Shown here: positions 19,659 through 29,219 of the stretch, in pieces | How positions within the stretch are numbered: the first letter of the stretch is position 1 | How the letters are laid out: every line of letters begins with the position of its first letter | Made by a program: the position numbers and the translations under genes | Assembly (NCBI GenBank): GCA_963743915.1 | Contig: CAVURN010000003.1 | Coordinates: forward strand, 160,001-224,000 | Direction: 5' to 3' | From: an uncultured Actinomycetota bacterium | GTDB taxonomy: Bacteria > Actinomycetota > Actinomycetes > JAHEKZ01 | DNA: 64,000 nt | The notes under the pieces: model-generated | Databases searched by the model: none | Told to the model about the DNA's origin: nothing | Seen by the model: the letters and a program-made list of their open reading frames with translations, nothing else

Positions 19659-22600
19659 TCACAGCGCCAACGGCTCGGCGGGCTGGACGCCGAGCCGTTG
19701 GCGTGCCCCGGCCACCAGCACCTCGACGGTGCGGGGTGCGACGAACAGCGCCCGCGCGACGTCGTCCACGCAGGTGCCGGAGTCGAACAGCTGCAGTGCC
19801 CTCAGCTCCAGCTCTGTCACCGTCTCGCGAGGGGTCGGCGGTCGAGGTGGCGTGACACCGCTGGCGGCGAGCCTCTGCGCAACCTGTTCGCGAAGACCGC
19901 CTGCCCGGCACTCGTCCACGATCTCCAGTGCGCGTTGCAGCGACGTCGCCCGTTCGTCCGCGTCGGACGTCAGCTCGGCGAGCACGAGCAGGGCGCGCAC
20001 CTGCTCCAGTGGCCGAGGCTCGGTCACGGTCACCGAGTGCCGTGCCAGCTCGACGGAGGCGTCGAGCTCCGCGAGTCGTCGCTCGATCGACCCGGTGACC
20101 ACCGGTGCACCCCAGTGCTCGGCCCGCTGCAGCTCGACGCGCAGGATCGCGCGCGCGGCGTCCTTCTCCCCCTGCGCGGCGAGCGCGTCGGCCCGGAGCA
20201 GTCGAGAGGTGTCCCAGCCGGGGTTGTGCATGCCGATGACCTCCGGCAGGAAGGTGTCGATGACGTCCAACGCTCCGGACCGGTCACCTTCGGCGAGCAG
20301 CGACCGCCGCGTGCGCCACGTGCAGCAGCCTGCGTCCCGTCCCGATCCCGGGAGCGGCCAGTGCCCGGTCGAGCAGGTCACGCGCACCGGTGAGGTCGCC
20401 CAGGTCGAGAGCGATGAGGACGAGCACCGCGTCGCAGAGCGGCACACCGATGGCCGCAGACCCCCACTCCTCGGTCTCGTAGCGTGCGCTCAGCACCGCT
20501 TGCTGGGCCTCGCGCAGCTGACCACCGAGCCACAGCGCGACTCCGCGCCACAGGTGCAGACCCACCGTGGACGTGTCGCCTCGCGCCTGAGCGCTCGCCA
20601 TGGCCGCGCCCCAGTGCTCGGCGGTGTCCTCTCCGGCGATGATGAGGGCGATGCCGGCCACCTCGTAGAAGACGTCGGCGGCTCCGGTCTGCCAGGTCGG
20701 GTCGTCGAGGGCGCCCCGGAGCAGGTCGAGCATCCGTTGCCGGTCGGTGCCCCTCAGGCTCAGCTCGAACGCCTGCTCCACCGCGAGCATCCGAGCGCCG
20801 AATCCCGACGGCGTCACGTCCAGCTCGCCCATCCAGCGGTCCGGGGGCAGGTCGTGGATCCACCCGGACACCTTGGCCAACGCGATGAGTGCCTGACGCT
20901 GGTCGACGGCGTCCGCCGGCAGCTCGGTGACGGCCGACAGGGCGAATGAGGTCGCCTCACCCTCGGTGCCCACGAAGACCAGCGCGCTGGTCAGCCACAG
21001 GGCGATCTCGCCCCGCTGCTCGACGTCGGTGCAGAGTGCGTAGGCCCGTTCGAGCGTCTGCCGGGCGAAGACACCGTCACTCGTCCCGCCGAGGACTGCC
21101 GTGCGCACGAGCAGGTCCACGACATCGTCCTCCGGTGGAGGCTCCTCCAGGGCGCGACGCAGGAACGTGGTTGCGGCTTCGAGCGAGCCGCGCGACTCCG
21201 CCTGGTCGGCTGCGCGGAGGAGAAGATCCACCGTCTCGGGTCGTCCCCGCCGCGGGGCCTTCAGCAGATGCACTGCGACCTGCTCAGCAGGGTGACCGGA
21301 GTCGAGCAGCAGCTGTGCAGCGCTCTCGTGCAGGGAAGCCTGCTCCCCCGCGCCCAGTGACTGGTAGACCGCCTCTGCCACCAGAGGGTGCACGAAGCCG
21401 AGGGGGTACTCGTCGGTGAGCAGCTCGGCCCGCGCCAGCGCGGCCACGGCGTCCGCCACGTCCTGCTCGGAGGCGCCGACAAGAGCGGCGACGACGGGCA
21501 GCTCGGCCCGGTCACCGAGGACCGACACGGCTTTGGCCACTGCGCTCGCCTGCCCGGGAAGGCGTCGGAGTCGCAGCGTCACGAGGCTGCCGATCGCCCG
21601 CGAGCCGATGGCGATCACGGTCTCGGCGTGAGCCGCGTCCGGCTTCACCTTCTCCAGCGCGAGCGCTCGGAGCAGCTGGAGAAGCAGGAGGGGATTGCCG
21701 TCGGTCGCCCGGTGGCAGGCGTCGACAAAGGTCGGTGCGGCGTCCTTGCCGAGACGGCCCCGCACGAGCTCCGCCGAGGCCTGCGGCGACAGTCGGCCGG
21801 GACGGATGACGGTCGTATGCGGGTCGCCGGAGATCTCGGCGAGCAGCCGGTCGTCCGCGTGTGGCTCGCCGCTCCGGACGGTGCCCGCCACGACGACGCG
21901 CGAACCGGACAGCCGTTTCAGCACGAAGGTGAGGAACCGGAGGGAGCTCGTGTCGGCCTCGTGAAGGTCGTCGATCGAGAGCAGCACCGGTCGTTCCCCG
22001 GCTGCGGCCGCCACCAGTCGTGACAGACCCTGCAGCTGCCGGTACGAGTCGCCGGCCGTCGCCTCGTCCGCCCGGTCGAAGACGGCCCCGACGGAGGGTC
22101 CGAGCTCGACCAGGAGATGCTCGACCTCGGGCTCGTCGAGCAACGGTTCGAGCATCTGGCGCACCACTCCGAATCCGAACTCGTGCTCCATCGCGCTGCC
22201 CCGCGCCTCGAGCACCAGGAACCCCGCGTCCGCTGCCTGCGTCCGCATCTCGGCGAGGAGCCTGGACTTGCCGATCCCCGCGGGCCCCTCGACGACGACG
22301 AAGGCGCCCTGCCCGGCTGCGGCCCCGTCGAGGCAACCCCGCACCTGGGAGACCTCCGCGTCGCGGTCCACAAGGGGGTCGACCGCGGCCACCACCGCAG
22401 TCGGTCGAGCCATCGCTGGTGGAGGGGGTGGCGGCGGCGCGTCCAGATCGGACGCCTGCGCCAGCACGTCTGCCTCGAGCTGACGCAGGGCGGGGCCGGG
22501 GTCGACGCCGAGCTCGTCGGCGAGCAGCTCCCGTGCCCGACGGAGCGCGGCGAGGGCGTCGGCCTGCCGTGAGGAGCGGTAGAGCGCCAGGGCCAGGAGG

Positions 22601-23202
22601 CGCCAGTACTCCTCGTGCAGCGGGTCGTCGCTGGTGAGCCGCTCCAGCTCCGGGACCAGGACGCGGTGCTCTCCCGCGTCCAGGCGGGCGGCGAGCAGCT
22701 GATCGCGCGCGACCTGACGCAGCCCGTCCAGCCGGGCCGCCTCCGGTCGCGCCCAGTCCTCGTCCGGGTAGTCGACCAGGGCCGGTCCGCGCCAGAGGGC
22801 AAGAGCCTGCTCGAGGTGCGCCACCCGACGAGGCCCGGGAACCGATCCCGCCTCGTCGAGCAGTCGCTCGAAGCGCCACGCGTCCACCGCCTCCGATTCC
22901 GCGTCGAGCCGGTACCCGGTTCCCTGGCGGACGATCACCTGCGACTGCGCGGTCTTGAGCCGCCCGCGCAGACGGCTGATGTGCGAGTGCAGAGTCGAGG
23001 TGGCCGCGGGGGTGGGGCGGTCACCCCAGATCGCGTCCATCAACCGGTCTGCCGGGACAGCGTCCCCCCGGGCCAGCACGAGGAGCGCCAGGACGCTCCG
23101 CGGTTGGAGTCCCCCGAGGTCGATGGGGTCCCCGCCACGCGTCGCCACGACGGGGCCGAGGATGCCGATCTCGAGCCGAGCAGTGTCTGCCGTGACGGAC
23201 AC
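19659..23202 (-). CDS. SARP (wHTH+BTAD)-AAA ATPase regulator with a C-terminal LuxR-like HTH (frameshift ~20300)
   Basis: 'IGILGPV...QPRSVLALL', 'VDAWRFERL', 'ALALWRGPAL', 'PLHEEYWRLLALALYRSSRQADAL', Walker A 'GPAGIGKS', C-terminal 'TELELRALQL...VARALFVAPRTVE'. Confidence 0.9.
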
Positions 23203-23308
23203 CTGGCCTCCTCCGGACAACCGCACCTCGCCGAATGGCGGCAGCCTACGTCTGCACGTCGAGTGCACCAAGGTGTCGAGTGCGGAGCTGATGGACGTCA
23301 CAGCCTGG

Positions 23309-24166
23309 TCAGTTCTGGGGCTGTTCCTCGCAGGAGGTGGCCTGGTCGCCGCTGTCGTAGTGGCAGGTGTCGGTGCCCGCCTGCCCGTCGACCACGTCGG
23401 CCGTGAGGTCCTGGTCATAGGTCTCGAGGGAGTCCCAGCCGGCACCGCCGCGCACCACGTCGGTGTCGTTGCCGACAGTGTCGAGGATCTGGTCGCTCCC
23501 GGCCCCACCGATGAGTCTGTCGTCGCCACCGACGAAGTCCCCGACGTAGAGGCTGGGACGGAAAGGGTCACCCGTGCCGCGCCCCCCGGCGCCCGAGAAC
23601 ACGTCGTCACCCATCGCTCCCTCGAAGGCGACCTGCTCGACGCTCCTCAGCCGCACATCGGCGTCCACGCCCGTGGTCTCGGTCGGGTTCAGGTTGAGCA
23701 GATGATCGCCCTGCTTGGTGCCGGCGCGGACGGTGCTGCCGGCGTCGTAGGCACGGATCTCGAAGTAGTCCGATCCTTCACCGAGAGCGACGTCGAACTC
23801 GATCTCGTCCGAGCCTCCTGGCTCCGCACCTCGTCCAGGAGTGAACGGTCCGCCGTCGAAGTCGATGACGACCGCCTGCTCGGACGACCCACCGCGGACG
23901 ACGACCTTCGAGATGTTGGACAGGTCGGCAACCTTTCCGCCGGGGGACGTGCACAGGTCCGCATTGACGAGGAGCTCCTCGTCCATCGAACGCTCGAAGG
24001 CCACAGAGGCCTCGATGCCCTTGACGTCGACACGGACGACGCCGGTGTCGGCGGCGTATGAGCACGTGACGACGGAGGCAGCGTCGGCTGTGCCGACGAG
24101 GATGGGGAGGGTGAGCAGCGACGCGGCCACCAGGGCAGTCCGGCGCCGAAGGGTGGACATGTTCAT
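23309..24166 (-). CDS. Secreted protein with RTX-like Ca-binding GGxGxD repeats
   Basis: Signal peptide 'RRRTALVAASLLTLPILVGTADA'; 'GAMGDDVF', 'GGAGSDQI', 'GGAGWDSL', 'GQAGTDTC'. Confidence 0.75.
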   Translation of the reverse strand: MNMSTLRRRTALVAASLLTLPILVGTADAASVVTCSYAADTGVVRVDVKGIEASVAFERSMDEELLVNADLCTSPGGKVADLSNISKVVVRGGSSEQAVVIDFDGGPFTPGRGAEPGGSDEIEFDVALGEGSDYFEIRAYDAGSTVRAGTKQGDHLLNLNPTETTGVDADVRLRSVEQVAFEGAMGDDVFSGAGGRGTGDPFRPSLYVGDFVGGDDRLIGGAGSDQILDTVGNDTDVVRGGAGWDSLETYDQDLTADVVDGQAGTDTCHYDSGDQATSCEEQPQN

Positions 24167-24196
24167 CAGGGTTCCTCTGTCTCGAAGGTCAGGAGC

Positions 24197-24469
24197 TCAG
24201 GCGGAGATCGCCACGGCCGCGTGGGACTGCTGATCCGTGACGGCAGCCACTCGGCGGATCAGCCGCGCGACCGCTCGCTCACGTACCGCCTCGGGCGCGG
24301 ACGGGTCGAGCGCGACCTGGCAGAGCACCGGCGAGATGCCCAGGCCTCGGGCCGAGCGGACCAACGCGCGCACCTGCGTCAGGTGTGCTGCCAGGCCGTG
24401 CTCGTCGATCGCGCGGCCCAGGTCGGCCAGGTCGTGGGAGCCGGGGAGGGTGAGGGTGGTCGTGATCAT
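24197..24469 (-). CDS. 90-aa hypothetical protein
   Basis: GAAAGGA RBS, GC3-biased codons, 'GISPVLCQVALDPSAPEAVRERAVARL'; lies directly upstream of 24166. Confidence 0.7.
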   Translation of the reverse strand: MITTTLTLPGSHDLADLGRAIDEHGLAAHLTQVRALVRSARGLGISPVLCQVALDPSAPEAVRERAVARLIRRVAAVTDQQSHAAVAISA

Positions 24470-24529
24470 GGAAGGGTCCTTTCGGGAGTTGCTGACCCCA
24501 TGAGTCAAGGGCCGATCCTCGGGCCGGGA

Positions 24530-24548
24530 TTGAGTAGTCGATGCTCAA
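24530..24548. promoter_or_regulatory. Inverted repeat TTGAGTA-N5-TGCTCAA, candidate site for the adjacent LuxR-type regulator
   Basis: One mismatch from a perfect palindrome; extra half-site TTGAGTA at 24567-24573; in the divergent intergenic region. Confidence 0.6.
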
Positions 24549-24640
24549 TTCCCGCCCGCGCCGCCCTTGAGTACCTCCCGAACCCCCGCATGAAGGGCGC
24601 GCTGGGTGCGAGAGTGGGGCGCACGGCGGCGGGAGGTGAC

Positions 24641-27274
24641 GTGGCGGCACGCTCGGCGGACGACTGGCCCCTCACGGGTCGGGACGCGGTGGTCGACGCG
24701 GCGTGGGCTGCCCTCACGACGGGTCCGGCCGTCGTGCTCGCCGGAGAGGCCGGCATCGGCAAGTCCCGCGTGGCCGCCGCGTTGAGCGAACGGGCCCAGA
24801 CGGCGGGATGGGTCGTGCGACGCGCGACCGCGTCCACCTCGGCCTCGACGATCCCGTTCGGAGCGCTCGCCGCGCTGCTGCCCCGCGTTGCCGGTGACGG
24901 GGGCCCCTTGGCCTTGCTGCAGGAGGCGCAGGAGTCACTGACGACGATTGCAGGCGATGCGCCGTTGCTGCTGTGGCTCGATGACGCCCACCTGCTCGAT
25001 GCCGGGTCAGCCTCCTTGGTCCTGCAGCTCGCGGACGCGGGGACCGCACGGCTGCTCGCCACCGTGCGCAGTGGTGAGGCGGCGCCCGATGCCGTCGAAC
25101 AGCTGTGGCGGGACGACCGCGGCAGGCGTCTTGACCTCGAAACCCTGGACGCGCGCGACACCGAGCGCCTGCTCGAGGCCGCCCTGGGGCCGCCGGTCGC
25201 CGCCGGTACCGCGCACCGCCTCTGGCGTCGCTCGGGGGGCAACCCACTCATGCTCCGCGAGCTCGTGCGTGCCTGCCTGCACTCGGAGACCCTCACGGAC
25301 GCCTCCGGAGCCTGGCTGCTGGACGACAGCGACGTCGAGTCCCCGGCTCTGACCGATCTCGTCGCGCGTCGGATCGGGACGCTCGATCCGGCGTCCCAGC
25401 AGGCGGTCGAGATGCTGGCACTCTCCGACGTCCTCTCGGTCCCCCTGCTGCAGGAACTGGTGCCGGACGCCGACCTCGTGGGGCTCGAGGAGCGGGCGCT
25501 GGTCGACATCGACCAGGACGGGCAGCGGGTGGAGGCACGCCTCGCCCATCCGCTCTACGGCGAGGTCATTCGGCGGGGACTGTCGACTCTCCGACGCCGG
25601 CGCGACCACGGCCGTCTCATCGACGCACTGGTGGCGACCGGCACACGTCGACGCGAGGACCCGCTCAGGATCGGCTCCTGGTCCCTCGACAGCGACCACA
25701 GTCCCGACGCAAGTCTGCTGGCGGACGCCGCCAAGCAGGCGTTGGCGCGCTTCGACCTCGCGCTCGGCGAACGCCTGGCTCAGGCAGCGGTCGACACCGG
25801 TGGTGGCGTTCCCGCACTGGTGACCCTCGGGGACATCACCTGGCGGCGGGGTCGCTACGAGGATGCCATCGGCGTCCTCGAGCGTGCTGCCGAGCTCGCG
25901 GTGTCCGAGGACGAGATCGCCGACGTCGCCAACAGCCGCTCGTACGTGCTCGAGCTCGCAGGGCGACCCGGAGATGCCTGGCAGGTCCTGGTGGAGGCAG
26001 CCGACCGCGTCGGTCCCGATCGGCACGACCTGCTCGACTCCCAGGCGGCGATCCTCAGCCTGCTTGCCGGGCGCTCCCGCGAGGCGCAGGAGGCCGTTGC
26101 CCGCGTGCTGGCGGCGCACGAGGGTGACCGAGACTCGCTGGAGCTGCTCGTCAGGTTCCGCGTCGACTACGCGGAGGTCTTCGCCCTCGCCATGCTCGGG
26201 CGGTTCGACGACGCGACCCGGATCGCCACCGACGCGTCCACCTTCATCGCTGACCATCCCGAGGCACACATGCCCCCCGAACTCGCCCTGCTCGGGCGCG
26301 TTCTCGCCGACACGTGGTCCGGTCACCTCGACCGGGCACAGGCGGACGCGGTCCTCATCGAGCAGGCAGCCCTCGCACTGGGAGACCGTGATGCGGAATG
26401 GACCGCGGCGCTGTACCGGGGTCGGGTCGCTCTCGCGCGTGGCGAGCTTCCCGATGCGCTCCAGCACTTCGAGCGCGCGACGGCCCTCGCGCGCGAGCTC
26501 GGTGACCCCGCGGGCATCCGATGGACCGTGGGGGGTCAGGCACTCTGCCTGAGCATGCTGGGCCGGGTCGACGACTGCGCCCCAGTGGGCGAGGAGCTGG
26601 CGACGCTGCCGGCTCCCGGCGGTCTGTTCGACATCGACCTGCTGCATCGCGGGCGGGCCTGGGCGCACGTCTGCGCGGGAGGGCTCTCGACCGCGCGCGA
26701 GATCTTGCGTGAGGCGGCGCACGACGCGTCTGCCTTGGGCCAGCCGTCCGTGGAGGTGATCGTCCGGCATGACCTCGTCCGGCTCGGGGACGGCGACCAG
26801 GAGGCAGCCCTCGCTGCGCTGGCCGAGGAGTGCAACGGCCCGTGGCCGACGGCCGCGGCCGCGCACGCGGCCGCACGTCGATCGGGAAGCGGTGACGAGC
26901 TCATGGGTGCGGCGCAGCTGCTGGCTGCCTGCGGTGCCCGGCTGGACGCCGCCGAGTGCGCCACTGCGGCGGCCGAGGCCCACCGACGTTCCGGGCGACC
27001 TCGGGACGCAACCGCCGCGCTACGGGCCGCGGCCACCTGGCTGGAGGTCGCCCCCGGAGCGCGGACGCCCGCGTTGGTGGCGACACCCGACGCGACGCCG
27101 CTGACCAACCGCGAGCGTGAGATCGCGGCACTCGCCGCCCAGCAGATGTCGGCCGCTGACATCGCCGCGCAGCTGCACCTGTCCCGGCGCACCGTCGAGA
27201 ACCATCTGCAGCGCATCTACACCAAGCTCGGGATCGGCAGCCGCGCCGAGCTGGCTGACGCCCTGGACCGCTGA
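24641..27274 (+). CDS. LAL-type AAA ATPase-LuxR transcriptional regulator
   Basis: 'WPLTGRD', Walker A 'GEAGIGKS', 'WLDDAHLLD', 'SGGNPLMLREL', HTH 'LTNREREIA...LHLSRRTVENHLQRIYTKLGI'. Confidence 0.93.
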   Translation: MAARSADDWPLTGRDAVVDAAWAALTTGPAVVLAGEAGIGKSRVAAALSERAQTAGWVVRRATASTSASTIPFGALAALLPRVAGDGGPLALLQEAQESLTTIAGDAPLLLWLDDAHLLDAGSASLVLQLADAGTARLLATVRSGEAAPDAVEQLWRDDRGRRLDLETLDARDTERLLEAALGPPVAAGTAHRLWRRSGGNPLMLRELVRACLHSETLTDASGAWLLDDSDVESPALTDLVARRIGTLDPASQQAVEMLALSDVLSVPLLQELVPDADLVGLEERALVDIDQDGQRVEARLAHPLYGEVIRRGLSTLRRRRDHGRLIDALVATGTRRREDPLRIGSWSLDSDHSPDASLLADAAKQALARFDLALGERLAQAAVDTGGGVPALVTLGDITWRRGRYEDAIGVLERAAELAVSEDEIADVANSRSYVLELAGRPGDAWQVLVEAADRVGPDRHDLLDSQAAILSLLAGRSREAQEAVARVLAAHEGDRDSLELLVRFRVDYAEVFALAMLGRFDDATRIATDASTFIADHPEAHMPPELALLGRVLADTWSGHLDRAQADAVLIEQAALALGDRDAEWTAALYRGRVALARGELPDALQHFERATALARELGDPAGIRWTVGGQALCLSMLGRVDDCAPVGEELATLPAPGGLFDIDLLHRGRAWAHVCAGGLSTAREILREAAHDASALGQPSVEVIVRHDLVRLGDGDQEAALAALAEECNGPWPTAAAAHAAARRSGSGDELMGAAQLLAACGARLDAAECATAAAEAHRRSGRPRDATAALRAAATWLEVAPGARTPALVATPDATPLTNREREIAALAAQQMSAADIAAQLHLSRRTVENHLQRIYTKLGIGSRAELADALDR

Positions 27275-27338
27275 CCGATCCCCCTGCGCCGAGGTCACTA
27301 CAGTTGTGGTCTCGCCGGACTCACCTCGAGGACTGACC

Positions 27339-28220
27339 ATGAACCGCGTCACTGCTCTGCTCGATGGCCGCACCCCTGTCGTCTTCGACGGCGCCATGGG
27401 CACGTTCCTTCAGGAGCGTGGGCTCAGCGGAGGTGACGCGGGCGAGCTCTGGAATGTCGACAACCCGGATGCCGTGCGCCAGATCCACGAGGACTACGCA
27501 GCGGCCGGGGCCACCATCCTGACGACGAACACGTTCGGTGGCACCCGCCCCCGCCTCGACATGCACGGCCTCGGTGACCGCGTTCACGAGCTGAACCGAG
27601 CCGCTGCCGCGATCGCCTCCGACGTCGCCCAGCGCCATGGTCTGCTCGTCGCCGGTGATCTGGGTCCCACAGGTGAGCTCTTCGAGCCGATGGGGGCGCT
27701 GACCGAGGACGAGGCCCAGGCCTTCTTCGCCGAGCAGCTGCAGGGACTGGTCGCCGGTGGGATCGACCTGGTGCTGATCGAGACCCTCAGCGACCTCTCC
27801 GAGGTGCGCGCAGCGATCGCCGCCGCCAAGAACGTGTGCCCCGACAAGCCGGTGGTCGTCACGATGAGCTTCGACACCAACCTGCACACGATGATGGGCG
27901 TCTCCCCCGAGTCAGCGGTGCGGGCGATGGCCGACGCCGGCGCGGACGCCGTGGGCGCGAACTGCGGACGTGGGCCACAGGAGATGGAGGCCATCATGGC
28001 CAAGATGGCCGAGGCCCGACCGGACGGCGTCCTGCTCGTCGCGCAGTCGAACGCCGGCCTGCCTCACCTGGTCGGGGACCACTTCGAGTACGACTGCCCG
28101 CCGGAGGAGATGGCCAAGCACGCGCTCTCCCTGCGCGACCTCGGCGTCGAGCTGATCGGTGCCTGTTGCGGCTCGAGCCCGGAGCACATCGCTCAGATGC
28201 ACTCGGCACTGGCGCAGTAA
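27339..28220 (+). CDS. Stand-alone homocysteine S-methyltransferase domain protein (MetH N-terminal-like)
   Basis: 'FDGAMGT', 'TNTFG', 'AGDLGPTG', 'IETLSD', Zn ligands 'GANCG' and 'GACCG', 'NAGLP'. Confidence 0.9.
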   Translation: MNRVTALLDGRTPVVFDGAMGTFLQERGLSGGDAGELWNVDNPDAVRQIHEDYAAAGATILTTNTFGGTRPRLDMHGLGDRVHELNRAAAAIASDVAQRHGLLVAGDLGPTGELFEPMGALTEDEAQAFFAEQLQGLVAGGIDLVLIETLSDLSEVRAAIAAAKNVCPDKPVVVTMSFDTNLHTMMGVSPESAVRAMADAGADAVGANCGRGPQEMEAIMAKMAEARPDGVLLVAQSNAGLPHLVGDHFEYDCPPEEMAKHALSLRDLGVELIGACCGSSPEHIAQMHSALAQ

Positions 28221-28225
28221 CCACC

Positions 28226-28239
28226 GGGCCCATCGCCCC
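28226..28239 (+). promoter_or_regulatory. Possible DosR/DevR-like box GGGCCCATCGCCCC upstream of -10 TAGTGT (28264)
   Basis: Fits GGGnCnWWnGnCCC, centred about -43 from the inferred TSS. Confidence 0.4.
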
Positions 28240-28296
28240 TGCCCGAGACCCGGGTTGCGTTCCTAGTGTTACTCGAAGAGAGCACTGGAGGTACCC

Positions 28297-28797
28297 ATGC
28301 GTAAAGCACTGGTCGTCTACGAATCCATGTTCGGCAACACCCACGCGGTGGCCGACGCCGTCGCCGAAGGTCTGCGCCAGTCACTTGACGTCGAAGTCCT
28401 CGAGGTCGAGAAGGCTCCACTGCAGGTGGCCGACGACGTCGACCTGGTCGTGGTCGGCGGACCCACGCATGCGTTCAGCATGAGCCGACCCTCGACCCGG
28501 CAGTCCGCCGGCGAACAGGGCGCCGACCCCGAAGCCGCGTCACACTCCGGCATCCGCGAATGGATCTCCGGGGTCGCGGCCCCCAAGGGGCTGGCGACCG
28601 CCGCCTTCGACACCCGGATCGCCAAGCCGCACCTTCCCGGCTCGGCCGCCAAGAGCGCCGAGCGCAAGCTGAAGCGTCGCGGCTTCACCGAGCTCGCGCA
28701 CCCGGAGAGCTTCTACGTCACGGACACCAGCGGCGGACTGGTCGAGGGAGAGCTGGAGCGCGCACAGGCTTGGGGTGCCGAGCTGGCGCACCACTGA
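28297..28797 (+). CDS. Flavodoxin family protein
   Basis: 'LVVYESMFGNT', 'VVGGPTHAFSMSR', 'AAFDTR', 'GELERAQAWG'. Confidence 0.92.
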   Translation: MRKALVVYESMFGNTHAVADAVAEGLRQSLDVEVLEVEKAPLQVADDVDLVVVGGPTHAFSMSRPSTRQSAGEQGADPEAASHSGIREWISGVAAPKGLATAAFDTRIAKPHLPGSAAKSAERKLKRRGFTELAHPESFYVTDTSGGLVEGELERAQAWGAELAHH

Positions 28798-28808
28798 GCC
28801 CGGACGCG

Positions 28809-29147
28809 TCAGCCGTCGGTGACCACGAGCACCAGGACGAATCGGCAGGGCGTCTCGGCCACCAACGCGTGGCGGGCGTCCGGGGCGAGGTACACGACGT
28901 CACCGCCGGCGAGCCGTTGCTCGTCGCCGTCCACGGTGAAGCGCAGTGTCCCCTCGACCATCTGCACCACCACTGCACGGGGTGAGGAGTGGTCGGTCAG
29001 CTCCTGCCCGGCGTCCATCGCGAAGGCAACGACGCGCAGCAGGGCGTTGTTGACCACCACGCGTGAGGTGGTCGCCGACGAAGAGATGGGCAGCGCTGTC
29101 GCAAGGTCGGCGCTGACGAGGGACTCGGTGATCGCGGTGGTCGTCAT
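28809..29147 (-). CDS. Cupin domain protein
   Basis: 'VVAFAMDAGQELTDHSS...EGTLRF...HALVA'. Confidence 0.88.
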   Translation of the reverse strand: MTTTAITESLVSADLATALPISSSATTSRVVVNNALLRVVAFAMDAGQELTDHSSPRAVVVQMVEGTLRFTVDGDEQRLAGGDVVYLAPDARHALVAETPCRFVLVLVVTDG

Positions 29148-29219
29148 ACGTTGATCCAACGGCCCAGCCGGTGGGACGTCAACGTCGGGGTCACGTCCTC
29201 GGTGCGGAACGATGGCTCC

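Noticed and set aside
23258-23283. GTCGAGTGC direct repeat upstream of the SARP gene as a SARP site
   Set aside because: 17-bp spacing does not fit 11/22-bp phasing; only two copies
19659-27274. STAND/AAA proteins as anti-phage (Avs) defence
   Set aside because: They carry SARP/LuxR DNA-binding domains and no nuclease, TIR or other effector; typical actinobacterial regulators
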